From Actinomycetota bacterium (GTDB lineage Bacteria > Actinomycetota > Geothermincolia > Fen-727 > Anoxymicrobiaceae): a stretch of 64,000 bases of DNA. Position numbers and translations under genes: made by a program. The DNA is taken from the NCBI GenBank assembly GCA_043807425.1, contig JAZDFZ010000021.1, forward strand, positions 574 to 64,573, read 5' to 3'. Shown one piece after another: positions 35,728 to 45,285 of the stretch. Every line of letters starts with the position of its first letter. Within the stretch, counting starts at the first letter, position 1. The notes under the pieces are model-generated. The model was not told the DNA's origin. It made no database searches and worked only from the letters and a program-made list of their open reading frames with translations.

Positions 35728-35918
35728 CGCGGGGCTCCTAAATGAACAGTGGCGTCGGAGGTTTTCATTGCGTAATGGCCTTATCGAAATCAACGTACTC
35801 CAACGGCACTGCAAACCTCCGACCCCACGGACAGCGACGTTGTCTCTCTGAGGGATAACCGGGTGGCCCCGTTCAACTATAATGCCGGGCACGGCCACCC
35901 GCCACACATAGAGTCAAG

Positions 35919-37445
35919 CTACGGGGTTGTCTGGGGCTTCTCCTCCAGCGTGACCTCGGCGGTCTTCTTCTCGTTTCCGGAGTAGTAGGTAAGGACAACC
36001 TTGTCCCCCACCTGGTTGGTGCGGACCTCGGCGATGACGTCGTCCATCGACTTCACCGGCTTGCCGTCTATGGCCACGACTATGTCCCCGGTTTTTATAC
36101 CGGCCTTGTCGGCCGGCCCTCCCTGCACGACGTTGGTCACGTAGGCGCCCTCGTCAACCGGAAGGTTGTACTGCTGGGCCACGTTCGCGCTGACCGTCTG
36201 GCCGAGTATCCCCAGGTAGGGGTGCGAGACGGGCCTGCCGGCGATGAGGTCGTCCGCGACCTGCTTGGCGGTGTTGATGGGAATCGCGAAGCCGATTCCC
36301 TCGGAGCCGCCCGACTGGGTCGCGATTACCGCGTTTATCCCTATGAGCCTTGCCTGGGAGTCACAGAGCGCGCCGCCCGAGTTGCCCGGGTTTATCGCGG
36401 CGTCGGTCTGGATGAGGTCCGTCAGCACGGTGGTCTGCCCGGTGCTCGAAGTCACAGGCACGCTCCTGTGCAGCGCGCTGACTATGCCCGAGGTGACGGT
36501 CTTTTCGAATCCCAGCGGGCTTCCCACCGCCACGCAGAGCTGGCCGACCACGAGGTTGTCCGAGTCACCGAGCGTCATAACCGGCAGCCCGGTCTCCTCT
36601 ATCTTGACGACCGCGATGTCGTTCTCCGGGTCGGCACCCACCTTCTGGCCCTTGAGCTCCTTGCCAGAAGCCAGTGTCACACTGATCTCCTGGGCGTCGG
36701 CCACGACGTGGTTGTTGGTGATGATGTAGCCGTCGGCGCTGTAGATGACCCCCGAGCCTGTGCCCTCCTGCGCCTGGGTGGGGAAGAAGGGGTTGGTCTG
36801 GGGAGCGGTCCGGATGTCGACGTTCACCACGGAGGGTATCGCCTTGCGGGCGATGCCGCTGACGCTGGTCGCGCCCTCGGTGGGGCTGAGGACGCTCGTC
36901 GAAGTCTTCGAGCTCTTCTCTTCCGCCTTCCGCAGCTTACCGCGCAGGAGGTCTACCGGGTTCACTCCGACGGCGTACGGGACCACCAGCATCGCGATGA
37001 GAGCCCCGATGATCCCCGCCACCAGGGCCAGCAGGACCATCATCCAGGCTCCCCCGCGCGACCTGTGGTTCTTCATGTCGGCCCGCTTCGGCAGCGGAGG
37101 CAGCGTGGACTCGGGGATCATTCCGGCGCCCGGGGTGGGCGTGAAGTGCTGCGGCGGTGTCTCGCCCGGCGCCCGTCCCGCGGGTTGCCCGGGGGCTTGA
37201 CCCGGCTGTTGGGCCGGGGGCTGTCCCGGGGGTTGCATGGGGGGTTGCCCGGGGGGCTGAACAGGCGGCACGGCGCCCTGATACGGCACCTGCTGTGAAG
37301 GCTGTCCCGGGCCCTCGGGCCCCGCGCCGTAGGCTCCAGGACCCTCCTGCCCGAGCCCCGGGGCGCTGTAGTCTCCGGGCCTGGACCCGCCCGGCTCAGT
37401 CGGCGGAGTGCCACCCGGCGGCATGCCTCCCTCGGTCCCGTTCAT
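35919..37445 (-). CDS. htrA: HtrA/DegP serine protease with PDZ domain and Pro/Gln-rich N-terminus
   Basis: GTGSGV, TNNHVV, DIAVVK, QTDAAINPGNSGG, PDZ domain; TM anchor. Confidence 0.93.
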   Translation of the reverse strand: MNGTEGGMPPGGTPPTEPGGSRPGDYSAPGLGQEGPGAYGAGPEGPGQPSQQVPYQGAVPPVQPPGQPPMQPPGQPPAQQPGQAPGQPAGRAPGETPPQHFTPTPGAGMIPESTLPPLPKRADMKNHRSRGGAWMMVLLALVAGIIGALIAMLVVPYAVGVNPVDLLRGKLRKAEEKSSKTSTSVLSPTEGATSVSGIARKAIPSVVNVDIRTAPQTNPFFPTQAQEGTGSGVIYSADGYIITNNHVVADAQEISVTLASGKELKGQKVGADPENDIAVVKIEETGLPVMTLGDSDNLVVGQLCVAVGSPLGFEKTVTSGIVSALHRSVPVTSSTGQTTVLTDLIQTDAAINPGNSGGALCDSQARLIGINAVIATQSGGSEGIGFAIPINTAKQVADDLIAGRPVSHPYLGILGQTVSANVAQQYNLPVDEGAYVTNVVQGGPADKAGIKTGDIVVAIDGKPVKSMDDVIAEVRTNQVGDKVVLTYYSGNEKKTAEVTLEEKPQTTP

Positions 37446-37614
37446 CGCCTCGTCCTCCTTGTACGCAAGGGATCATTCCCCTATACTCGTCCCATTATGG
37501 AGCCGCACCAGATTCTAGCACACCCGATTTCAGCCACTTCTTCGCGGCCAACCGCGGCGCCCGGAGTCTAGACGGTTTCCACCGGGCCGCCGGTTCCGCT
37601 CCCAGGGGGTAGTC

Positions 37615-37962
37615 ATGGCAAAGAAGTACGTCGAGATACCACAGAACGAGACAATGCCGCCGGTCAAGAGCCAGCCTCTGAAGGTCAGCTTCGCGGTCTA
37701 CGTCATCAGCCTGCTGGCGGTGGCCCTGCTGGTCTTCATCCTGATGCTGGTGCAGTACTTCCCCGGCTACCAGAAGAGCCACAAGATAAAGCAGGCGGTC
37801 AAGAACTCCGACGTCACCCTCACGGTGGAGATCCCGACCAAAGAGCTGGAGAGCCGCGACTACAATCCCACCAACAAGCAGTTCAAGGACAGCATCGCCG
37901 ACGTCTTCAAACAGCTCGGGGCGAAGAACGTGGTCATCAAGATAACCCCCCAGACCCAATGA
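37615..37962 (+). CDS. Hypothetical single-pass membrane protein
   Basis: One TM segment; typical codon usage. Confidence 0.65.
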   Translation: MAKKYVEIPQNETMPPVKSQPLKVSFAVYVISLLAVALLVFILMLVQYFPGYQKSHKIKQAVKNSDVTLTVEIPTKELESRDYNPTNKQFKDSIADVFKQLGAKNVVIKITPQTQ

Positions 37963-37994
37963 GTGAGAAATAATGGTTGAGGTTATTTCTCACT
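37962..37994. repeat. REP-like family B perfect hairpin between convergent genes
   Basis: AGTGAGAAATAA-TGGTTGAGG-TTATTTCTCACT. Confidence 0.85.
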
Positions 37995-39012
37995 GGTAGT
38001 TGATGGAGTACTCGGCGGCGAGCGCCAGCGCCCTGTGCCTCTCCTCACTCGTCAGCCGGCGATCTATCTCCGGGTGCAGCCCGGCCCTGTACTCGGGCCG
38101 GTACTGGAACATCAGGTTGAAGTAGGCGCCGGGCATCTTCCTCGAGACCCACTCCATTATGGGGCGCGTGCAGCACTCCAGGTGGCCCGGCAGGACCAGG
38201 TGCCGCACCATGACCTCGGCGCTCTTCCAGGCGCGCTCGAAGTTCCCGCTCACCACCTCAAAGTACCGCTCCACGCCGGACAGATCACGCGCGCAGCCGT
38301 CGTTCCCGTAGCGGAAATCTCCCAGGTAGACGTCTATCACTCCCTCCAGTACGTCCATGGCCTCTTCCGACGTGTACATGTTGGAGTTCCAGACCATCGG
38401 CAGGAAACGGCCGTGGTAGCCCACCAGCCTCACGGTCTCCAGGATGGTGTGCAGGTTCGGATCGGGGTTGCCCCCCACGAAGTTGGCGTTGCGGGAGCCC
38501 TGGGAGATGCCCTCCAGCAGGACCGCGGACAGCATCTCCGGCTCGGCGTGAAACCCCGAGTTGGGGTGCATTGCGATGTCCCAGTTCTGGCAGTAGGCGC
38601 ACTCGAAGGTGCACCCCGAGAAGAATATGGTATGGCTGGGCACCAGCTCGGGCTCCTCCCCCAGGTGCAGAAAGTCCGAGCTGTAGCGCGACTCCGCCCC
38701 CACCCCGCAAAAGCCCGTCTCGCCGGCCGTCCGGTCCACCCCGCAGCGTCTCTCGCAGAAGTGACAGTGGGTCAGCATCCGGCGCGCGAGCTCCACCTTC
38801 ACGTCCAGCAGGCTGGGCTCGGCCGGCTCCAGGGCGATGGACGCCGGCCTGTCCCTCAGCTCACGAACACGCTCGAGGCCGAGCGCGTCGGCCCTGACCA
38901 GTTCTTTCTCGTTAGCCGACGCCGGGTCCGGGCAGGGGCTCGCCACCGAGCGGGTCACCCAGTGGACCGCGAACCTCTCCTTCTTCTCTATCGCGAAGTA
39001 CCTTTCCAGCAT
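37990..39012 (-). CDS. Radical SAM protein (PflX / PFL-activating-enzyme-like)
   Basis: CHFCERRCGVDR, FFSGCTFECAYCQN, NFVGGNP, VWNSNMY, RHLVLPGH. Confidence 0.9.
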   Translation of the reverse strand: MLERYFAIEKKERFAVHWVTRSVASPCPDPASANEKELVRADALGLERVRELRDRPASIALEPAEPSLLDVKVELARRMLTHCHFCERRCGVDRTAGETGFCGVGAESRYSSDFLHLGEEPELVPSHTIFFSGCTFECAYCQNWDIAMHPNSGFHAEPEMLSAVLLEGISQGSRNANFVGGNPDPNLHTILETVRLVGYHGRFLPMVWNSNMYTSEEAMDVLEGVIDVYLGDFRYGNDGCARDLSGVERYFEVVSGNFERAWKSAEVMVRHLVLPGHLECCTRPIMEWVSRKMPGAYFNLMFQYRPEYRAGLHPEIDRRLTSEERHRALALAAEYSINYQ

Positions 39013-39103
39013 CTCACCCTGATTATATTTCGCATCGGTGCCAGACGCCGATGCGAAACGACTCAGAACGGGCGAAAAAGTATCTGCTACAATCGGGGTT
39101 ACC

Positions 39104-40063
39104 ATGGCTGAGCTTATAAGAGACGTTGCGGTCATAGGGGCGGGGCCTGCGGGCCTGACCTCGGCGCTCTACCTCGGGCGCGCCAGGATAGACTGCGTGC
39201 TGCTGGAGATGGAGCTTCCCGGCGGGCAGGCGGTCAACTCCCCCCTCATCGAGAACTACCCGGGTTTCCCCGAGGGCATCTCCGGGGCCGACCTGACCGG
39301 CCTCATGAAGGAACAAGTCGACCGCTTCGAGGTCGAGACCAGGACCTTCAAGAAGGTCGACGCGCTGGAGACCGGCGGTGAGGCCAGGACGCTGCGCGTG
39401 GAGGGCGACACCCTCCAGTGCCGCGCGGTGGTGGTGGCTACGGGCAGGCGACCCAAGAAGATGGGCATACCCGGAGAGGACGAGTTCACGGGCAGGGGGA
39501 TCTCCTGGTGCGCGACCTGTGATGCCCCGCTATTCCGCGACAAGGTCGTCATGGTAGTCGGCGGCGGCGACGCCGCGGTCGAGGAGGCGCTCCACCTGGC
39601 GCGCTTCGCCAGCAAGGTCATCCTGGTCCACCGGCGCGACGAGCTGAGGGCGTCATCGTACCTGCAGGAGCGCATACTCAGCGAGCCGAAGGTCGAGTTC
39701 ATGTGGAACAGCGAGCTCACCGAGATAAAGGGGGACAACCTGGTCAGCTCGGTCGTTGTCGCCAGCACCATCTCGGGCGAGCGCAGGGAAGTCCCGGTCT
39801 CCGGCGTCTTCTTCTACGTGGGGAATGTCCCGAACACCGAGTTCCTGCCCGACTCGGTCGACGTGGACGAGGCGGGATATATCATCACCGACACGCTGAT
39901 GGAGACCAGCATCCCGGGCGTCTTCGCGGCGGGCGACGTCCGGAGCGGCAACTTCAAGCAGGTCATCCTGGCGGCCGCCGAGGGCGCCATGGCCGCGATG
40001 AGCTCGCAGAGATACCTGGAGCGCATCGGAGCCCGCAAAGCTTACCCGGGAGGCAGCGCTTGA
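39104..40063 (+). CDS. trxB: Thioredoxin-disulfide reductase
   Basis: [36 protein letters not shown]. Confidence 0.96.
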   Translation: MAELIRDVAVIGAGPAGLTSALYLGRARIDCVLLEMELPGGQAVNSPLIENYPGFPEGISGADLTGLMKEQVDRFEVETRTFKKVDALETGGEARTLRVEGDTLQCRAVVVATGRRPKKMGIPGEDEFTGRGISWCATCDAPLFRDKVVMVVGGGDAAVEEALHLARFASKVILVHRRDELRASSYLQERILSEPKVEFMWNSELTEIKGDNLVSSVVVASTISGERREVPVSGVFFYVGNVPNTEFLPDSVDVDEAGYIITDTLMETSIPGVFAAGDVRSGNFKQVILAAAEGAMAAMSSQRYLERIGARKAYPGGSA

Positions 40064-40503
40064 TCATCGCGGTCGTGGACGGCATGGGCGGAAGCATCGG
40101 CACCCAGATAGTGCTGGAGCTGCGACAGTGCCTGCCCGAGGAGACCGAGATCATGGCTCTGGGCACCAACGCCATCGCCACCGGCAGCATGATGAAGGCG
40201 AAGGCCACCCGCGGGGCGACCGGTGAGAACGCCATCGTATACAGCATCCCGGAGGCCGGATTGATCATGGGCTCGCTCTCCATAGTCGTCCCCAACTCCA
40301 TGATGGGCGAGGTCAGTCCGGCCATAGCCACCGCGATCGCGAGCGCCCCCGGCCGTAAGATCCTGCTGCCCGTCTCCAACCCGCCGCTGGACATCATGGG
40401 CGCCTCCCGGAAACCGCTCCAGGCGCTGATAAAAGAGGCGATAGAGGTGGTCCGGGAGCACTCCGGTCTGCCTGCGGGCTCCCAGGAGGAAAAAGATGTG
40501 TGA
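40060..40503 (+). CDS. DUF3842 family protein
   Basis: IAVVDGMGGSIG, ALGTNAIAT..M..A.A..GATGENAI. Confidence 0.85.
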   Translation: MIIAVVDGMGGSIGTQIVLELRQCLPEETEIMALGTNAIATGSMMKAKATRGATGENAIVYSIPEAGLIMGSLSIVVPNSMMGEVSPAIATAIASAPGRKILLPVSNPPLDIMGASRKPLQALIKEAIEVVREHSGLPAGSQEEKDV

Positions 40504-40681
40504 GGCAGCCGTTTTCGTGGTCCGCGGCGGCGAGCGGCACAAGGTGATGGAGAACGTGGTCACCGTGACACCCGAGGGCGAGCAGCTACTGCTGACCGAC
40601 CTGTTCGGCGAGCAGAAGCTGATAACGGCGAAGGTGGAGAAGGTAGACCTGACCGGCCACGAGATAATCCTCTCCCAGTAG
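40496..40681 (+). CDS. cooT: CooT family nickel-binding protein
   Basis: MCEAAV N-terminus, VMENV, DLFGEQK, HEIIL. Confidence 0.85.
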   Translation: MCEAAVFVVRGGERHKVMENVVTVTPEGEQLLLTDLFGEQKLITAKVEKVDLTGHEIILSQ

Positions 40682-40777
40682 CGGCGGTTTGCGGCGGGGC
40701 CCGGTTTCCGGTTAAAATGAGTCGAATGGAGGCTACGTAAGCCTCCAGGAAATATAGAAGTCCCCTTGAAGAACAAG

Positions 40778-40826
40778 GCCACGAAGGCCGGTAAGCGGTG
40801 CGAAACCGGTTCTGGTGGCTTTTTTT
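40778..40826 (+). terminator. Attenuator-like hairpin plus U7 in the cbiM leader
   Basis: GCCAC.GAA..CCGGT / ACCGG.TTC..GTGGC followed by TTTTTTT, 31 nt before the ATG. Confidence 0.55.
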
Positions 40827-40857
40827 CATGCCACCTCTCGTACCAGGAGGTAGGTGC

Positions 40858-41547
40858 ATGCACATCCCGGACGGGTTCCTCGACGGGAAGACGATGGGGG
40901 CGCTGTGGGGCGTCTCCGGCGCGACGACGGCCTATGCGCTGTACAGGGTCCGCGAGACTCTGGATGACGCGAAGAAGGTCCCGCTGATAGGTATCACCGC
41001 CGCGTTCGTGTTCGCCGCCCAGATGCTCAACTTCCCCGTGGCGGGAGGGGTGAGCGGTCACTTCGTAGGCGCGTTGCTGGCCTGCATCCTGCTCGGCCCC
41101 TGGGAGGGCTTCCTGGTGATGGAGGTGGTCCTGCTGGTCCAGTGCCTGCTGTTCTCCGACGGCGGCCTCGCCGCCCTCGGCGCGAACATCTTCAACATGG
41201 CCATCCTGGCCGGCCTCCTCTCCTACTACCTGTTCGCGCTGACCAAGTCACTGATCGCCAGGCGGGGCGGCGAGAAGGCGGCGATACTGACCTCCGCGGG
41301 GATCTTCGCCTGGTTCTCCGTCGTGATAGCGAGCGTCGCCTGCTCCCTCGAGCTGGCCATATCGGGGACCCTCCCGCTCTCCACCGGGCTGCCGACTATG
41401 GTCGGGGTGCACAGCCTGATAGGGATCGGTGAGGCGTTCATAACGGTCGCCGTCCTGGCGGTGGTGCTCCAGGCCAGGCCGGACCTGGTCAGCGCGTATA
41501 AGAGCCCGCCGCTCTCGGCGGGGATACCCGCCGGGGAGGTGGCCTGA
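40858..41547 (+). CDS. cbiM: Ni/Co ECF transporter permease CbiM/NikM
   Basis: MHIPDGFL N-terminus, FAAQMLNFP, SGH, DGGLAALGAN. Confidence 0.93.
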   Translation: MHIPDGFLDGKTMGALWGVSGATTAYALYRVRETLDDAKKVPLIGITAAFVFAAQMLNFPVAGGVSGHFVGALLACILLGPWEGFLVMEVVLLVQCLLFSDGGLAALGANIFNMAILAGLLSYYLFALTKSLIARRGGEKAAILTSAGIFAWFSVVIASVACSLELAISGTLPLSTGLPTMVGVHSLIGIGEAFITVAVLAVVLQARPDLVSAYKSPPLSAGIPAGEVA

Positions 41548-41939
41548 TGCCCGACAGGATCAGGGATCTCTTCAGCAGGAAACAGGTCGGGCTCTGGGTC
41601 TTCATCGGCGCGGCCCTGGTGGTGGCGGTCGGCCTGGCGGTCTTCGCCTCCCCCTTCGCCTCGAGGAGCCCGGACGGCCTGGAGCGGACGGTGGAGCAGG
41701 AAGGGCTCGAGGAGCGTGGACGGGAGGGCGAGTCCCCCCTGGCCGACTACGCGGTGCCGGGCGTCAGGGACGAGGGTACGTCCACGGGTCTGGCCGGCCT
41801 GATCGGGGTGCTGGTGACCCTGGCCCTGGCCCTGGCCGCCGGCGCTCTCCTCTACCTGGTGGCCAGGCGCAGGAGTGGCCGGACGGCCGACGGTCACGCG
41901 TCCACTACCCCGCCGGTCCACGCCCCGCCCGCCGACTGA
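41547..41939 (+). CDS. PDGLE-domain ECF component (NikN-like)
   Basis: FASRSPDGLE, DYAVPG. Confidence 0.88.
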   Translation: MPDRIRDLFSRKQVGLWVFIGAALVVAVGLAVFASPFASRSPDGLERTVEQEGLEERGREGESPLADYAVPGVRDEGTSTGLAGLIGVLVTLALALAAGALLYLVARRRSGRTADGHASTTPPVHAPPAD

Positions 41940-42009
41940 GCGCACCCCCTCACATGAGTGTGGCGAAGAAACACCCGTTTATCGTATCGGCTCAGCGGAG
42001 TACCAGGTT

Positions 42010-42774
42010 ATGAAACACGACTTCATCGACCGGTACTCGCGGCTGCAGAGCCCCGTCCACGACCTCGACCCGCGCGCCAAGACACTCGCGCTGTTCGCCC
42101 TCATCATCGCCTGCGTCCTGACCCCCCCGGATTCCTGGTACTCGTTCTGCGTCTACGCCGGCGTCGTGCTGATCATCGCCGTCGCCTCCAACGTGCCGAT
42201 GTCCTACCTGCTCACCAGGATGCTGGTGGTTCTGCCGTTCGTGCTGGCGGTCGCCGTATTCGTGCCGTTCATGCACCCCGGAGGGCCGACGGTCGACCTG
42301 GGACCGTTCTCCGTATCCAGGGCGGGTCTGCTAGTCCTGTGGGGGGTCATCATCAAGGCGCTTATCTCCGTCTCCTGTCTCATCCTGCTGTCCTCGACAA
42401 CGCACTTCAGCGACCTGATGCACGGGCTGGAGCGCCTGCACGTGCCCAGGTTCTTCACGGTCGTCTCGGCGTTCATGTACCGCTACCTCTTCATCATCGT
42501 GGACGAGGCGGAGCGCATGAAGAGGGCCCGCGACTCCCGCAACTTCCAGGGCCGGTGGATCTGGCAGGCGAAGGTGATAGGCCACGTGGTCGCCTCACTG
42601 TTCCTGCGGAGCCAGGAGAGGGCCGAGCGCGTGTACCAGGCCATGACGGCCCGGGGCTTCGACGGGCATTTCCCCAGGACGGTCGAGCTGCGCATGCGGA
42701 CCGCGGACTACTTCTTCATGGCCGTGGTCATCGCCATCGCCGCCGGTGGAAGGGTGGTGGCGATTTGGGCGTGA
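42010..42774 (+). CDS. cbiQ: ECF transmembrane component CbiQ
   Basis: SPVHDLDPRAK, MYRYLFII, RSQERAERVYQAMTARGF. Confidence 0.92.
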   Translation: MKHDFIDRYSRLQSPVHDLDPRAKTLALFALIIACVLTPPDSWYSFCVYAGVVLIIAVASNVPMSYLLTRMLVVLPFVLAVAVFVPFMHPGGPTVDLGPFSVSRAGLLVLWGVIIKALISVSCLILLSSTTHFSDLMHGLERLHVPRFFTVVSAFMYRYLFIIVDEAERMKRARDSRNFQGRWIWQAKVIGHVVASLFLRSQERAERVYQAMTARGFDGHFPRTVELRMRTADYFFMAVVIAIAAGGRVVAIWA

Positions 42775-43487
42775 TATCCATAGCCGACGTAGCGGTGAGG
42801 GTTGAGGGGTTGTGCTACCGCTACCCCGACGGCACCGAGGCTCTCAGGGACGTCGATCTGCTGGTCCGCACGGGCGAGACGGTCGCGGTAATGGGGCCCA
42901 ACGGCGCGGGCAAGTCCACCCTCATGCTGCACCTGAACGGGATACTTCAGGGAGAGGGAACCGTCGAGGTCGCGGGACTCGAGGTCAACAAGAAGAACAT
43001 GCGGGAGGTGCGGGGCAAGGTCGGGCTGGTGTTCCAGGATCCGGAGGACCAGCTCTTCAGCCCCACGGTCGGAGAGGACGTGGGCTTCGGCCCGATCAAC
43101 ATGAGGATGTCCGCCGAGCAGGTCGACCTGGCAGTGAAACGCGCCTTGAAATGGGTCGGCCTGGAAGGGTTCGAGAACCGCTCTCCCCACCACATGAGCT
43201 TCGGAGAGAAGAAGAGGGTGAGCCTCGCCACCGTCCTGTCCATGGAACCGGAGATACTCGTGCTGGACGAGCCCGTCTCCAACCTCGACCCCCGGGGAAG
43301 GCGCCATTTCCTCGAGATCATCGGTGTCCTGGAGGCGACCAAGCTCATCGTCACGCACGACCTGGACATGGCCCGGAAGACGGCGGGGCGCGTCGTGCTC
43401 ATGGATGACGGCCGGGTGGTGGCGGATGGCGCGACGGACACAGTCCTCGGCGACGCTGCACTGCTGGAGCGCCACGGCCTGCTCTAG
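42771..43487 (+). CDS. cbiO: ECF ATPase CbiO
   Basis: [32 protein letters not shown]. Confidence 0.93.
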   Translation: MISIADVAVRVEGLCYRYPDGTEALRDVDLLVRTGETVAVMGPNGAGKSTLMLHLNGILQGEGTVEVAGLEVNKKNMREVRGKVGLVFQDPEDQLFSPTVGEDVGFGPINMRMSAEQVDLAVKRALKWVGLEGFENRSPHHMSFGEKKRVSLATVLSMEPEILVLDEPVSNLDPRGRRHFLEIIGVLEATKLIVTHDLDMARKTAGRVVLMDDGRVVADGATDTVLGDAALLERHGLL

Positions 43488-43599
43488 CCTCAAGGGCGGT
43501 TCGAATCGCGCCGAAGGGATAAGAGGGGGCCTGGTCCGAGCGGAAAGTCGTGCGTATGATAGTATTCAGGTGGCGGAATCACATCCTACCGGTGGAATT

Positions 43600-44505
43600 A
43601 TGGTCGAAGTCACCAAGCGAAAAGTACTACTCATCGATGACGAGATCGCTCTTCTGGAGGTCATGAGGACCAACCTGGAGATCGAGGGCTACGAGGTCGT
43701 CACGGAGATGAGCGGCGAGACCGGGCTGGTCTCGGCGGTGGTAGACCAGCCGGACGTCGTCATCCTGGACATCATGATGCCCGACGTCGACGGCTGGGAG
43801 ATCTGCAGCCGCCTTCGCTCCGACCCCCGCACGAGGTACATTCCGATCATCATGCTGACCGCGCTGGACGAGCCCCACCACATAGTCAAGGGGTTCGAGA
43901 GCGGGGCGGACGACTACCTCTCCAAGCCGTTCGACAACGCGGAGCTTTTCGCCCGTATAAAGTCTGTGCTGACCAAGGCCAGCAAGGGTATGGCCGTGGA
44001 CCCGCTCACCAACCTCCCCGGCAAGCACCAGATCTACGAGGAGACGCGCAAGCGCCTGGAGCAGCGGGGGAAGTTCTTCGCCTTCCTCTACATAGACATC
44101 AGCAACCTGCGGCTGGTCAACGACCGCTATGGCGTAGATCGGGGGGACCTGCTCATCCGGGGCCTGGGCAACCTGCTCCGCGAGATCGTGAACCCGACCG
44201 CCGAGTTCCTGGGCTACATGGGCGAGGACGACTTCGTCATCATCTCGGTGCCTCTCAGGGTGGAGCAGATCTTCAACAGGATGTCCGCGCGCTTCGACGA
44301 GGCGCTCAGCGAGATCTGCCCGGACTTCGAGGAGAAGTGCGGTCCCGAGACGGATAGGGTGAAGATCGCCGTCGGAGTCGTGACCAACGAGCGTAAGCAG
44401 TTCGGCGATCCCCTCCAGGTGAAGAACGTAGCCCTGGAAGTACTGAAGACCGCCCGCAAGCAGCCGGGCCACTACTGCGCCGACCTCAAAGACCACAAGT
44501 GGTAA
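43600..44505 (+). CDS. Response regulator with degenerate GGDEF domain
   Basis: REC domain (LIDDE, LDIMMP, SKPF); GGDEF-like region with DISNLR and GEDDF. Confidence 0.88.
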   Translation: MVEVTKRKVLLIDDEIALLEVMRTNLEIEGYEVVTEMSGETGLVSAVVDQPDVVILDIMMPDVDGWEICSRLRSDPRTRYIPIIMLTALDEPHHIVKGFESGADDYLSKPFDNAELFARIKSVLTKASKGMAVDPLTNLPGKHQIYEETRKRLEQRGKFFAFLYIDISNLRLVNDRYGVDRGDLLIRGLGNLLREIVNPTAEFLGYMGEDDFVIISVPLRVEQIFNRMSARFDEALSEICPDFEEKCGPETDRVKIAVGVVTNERKQFGDPLQVKNVALEVLKTARKQPGHYCADLKDHKW

Positions 44506-44510
44506 CCGGC

Positions 44511-44599
44511 TGGGAATTTACCTCAACCATTTTTTCTCATCAGTATCGTTTTCTGGAGTCCGGGCTACCATGAGAAAAAATGGTTGAGGTAAATTCCCA
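44511..44599. repeat. REP-like family B doublet, perfect 30-bp inverted repeat
   Basis: TGGGAATTTACCTCAACCATTTTTTCTCAT-N29-ATGAGAAAAAATGGTTGAGGTAAATTCCCA. Confidence 0.92.
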
Positions 44600-44631
44600 C
44601 ACCCTGGTTTTGACGTTATATATGGGGAGGG

Positions 44632-44997
44632 CAGGTGAGGCGGAAGGCGGGTAGGCGGTTGCTTGAGGTCTGACGCAGGTGCACTCCTCCCGCCCCACCT
44701 GAGGGCAAACTAACACAGACTGGCATCCACACTTCCTACGGCTCGAATCCTTTCGCGCTTACGTGGATACCTACCTCGTATTAGTCTTCGGGAACCCCGG
44801 GCGGTATCAACATACGTCGTTGGAACCATTACCGCGGGCAATAGGGTGACCGCTCCCCTCACCAATTGGCCGACCGGACCTGGATCGAGATGGCGGGCAT
44901 CGGGTCCGGACAGGACATCGGTCCATGACCGTGAACGGTGAGAGGTCGCGGAGGGGGTGGATCTGAGCATAAAAAAACGGCGATTTCGCATCGCCTT
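44632..44997 (-). ncRNA. Candidate stand-alone structured RNA
   Basis: Downstream of a sigma70-like promoter; several stems with G-U pairs on the minus strand; no recognisable ORF product. Confidence 0.35.
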
Positions 44998-45002
44998 GGA
45001 CC

Positions 45003-45030
45003 ATTCTATCACAGGTGGCCCGTGCGTCAA
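45003..45030 (-). promoter_or_regulatory. Sigma70-type promoter
   Basis: TTGACG-N16-TAGAAT with an extended TG. Confidence 0.55.
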
Positions 45031-45285
45031 ACAGACCAAGCAAACCTCTCTGAGCCCCATCAACGCTACATGTTGTATGAATTGGGATGAATAGCCCGGT
45101 TCAGGCACAACATGTCGAGTCTCATTTTTCTAGTGTGAATACGCCCGGTCACGGGACCACACGCCTGCAGCCGCGTACCGTCTCCCATAAGAGGAAATCA
45201 CGAGCCCCGCCTACAACTATATATTTGAGTCCGGTACGCTGGACGGCTTGGCACAGCCGTCAACCCTACATCCACCGGTGGCGAC

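Noticed and set aside
37140-37330. QPPGQP repeats in htrA
   Set aside because: Low-complexity N-terminal tails are typical of actinobacterial HtrA.
43495-43515. tRNA-like GGTTCGAATC
   Set aside because: The T-stem does not pair and there is no acceptor or anticodon arm.
44000-44250. Hypr (cGAMP-making) GGDEF
   Set aside because: The guanine-binding Asp (YGVDRGD) is retained rather than replaced by Ser/Thr, and the metal site is degenerate.
44735-44997. Fluoride riboswitch (GGCGAUG start) or group II intron domain V (GAGCCG)
   Set aside because: The downstream fluoride pseudoknot motif is absent and GAGCCG does not form a D5 hairpin.
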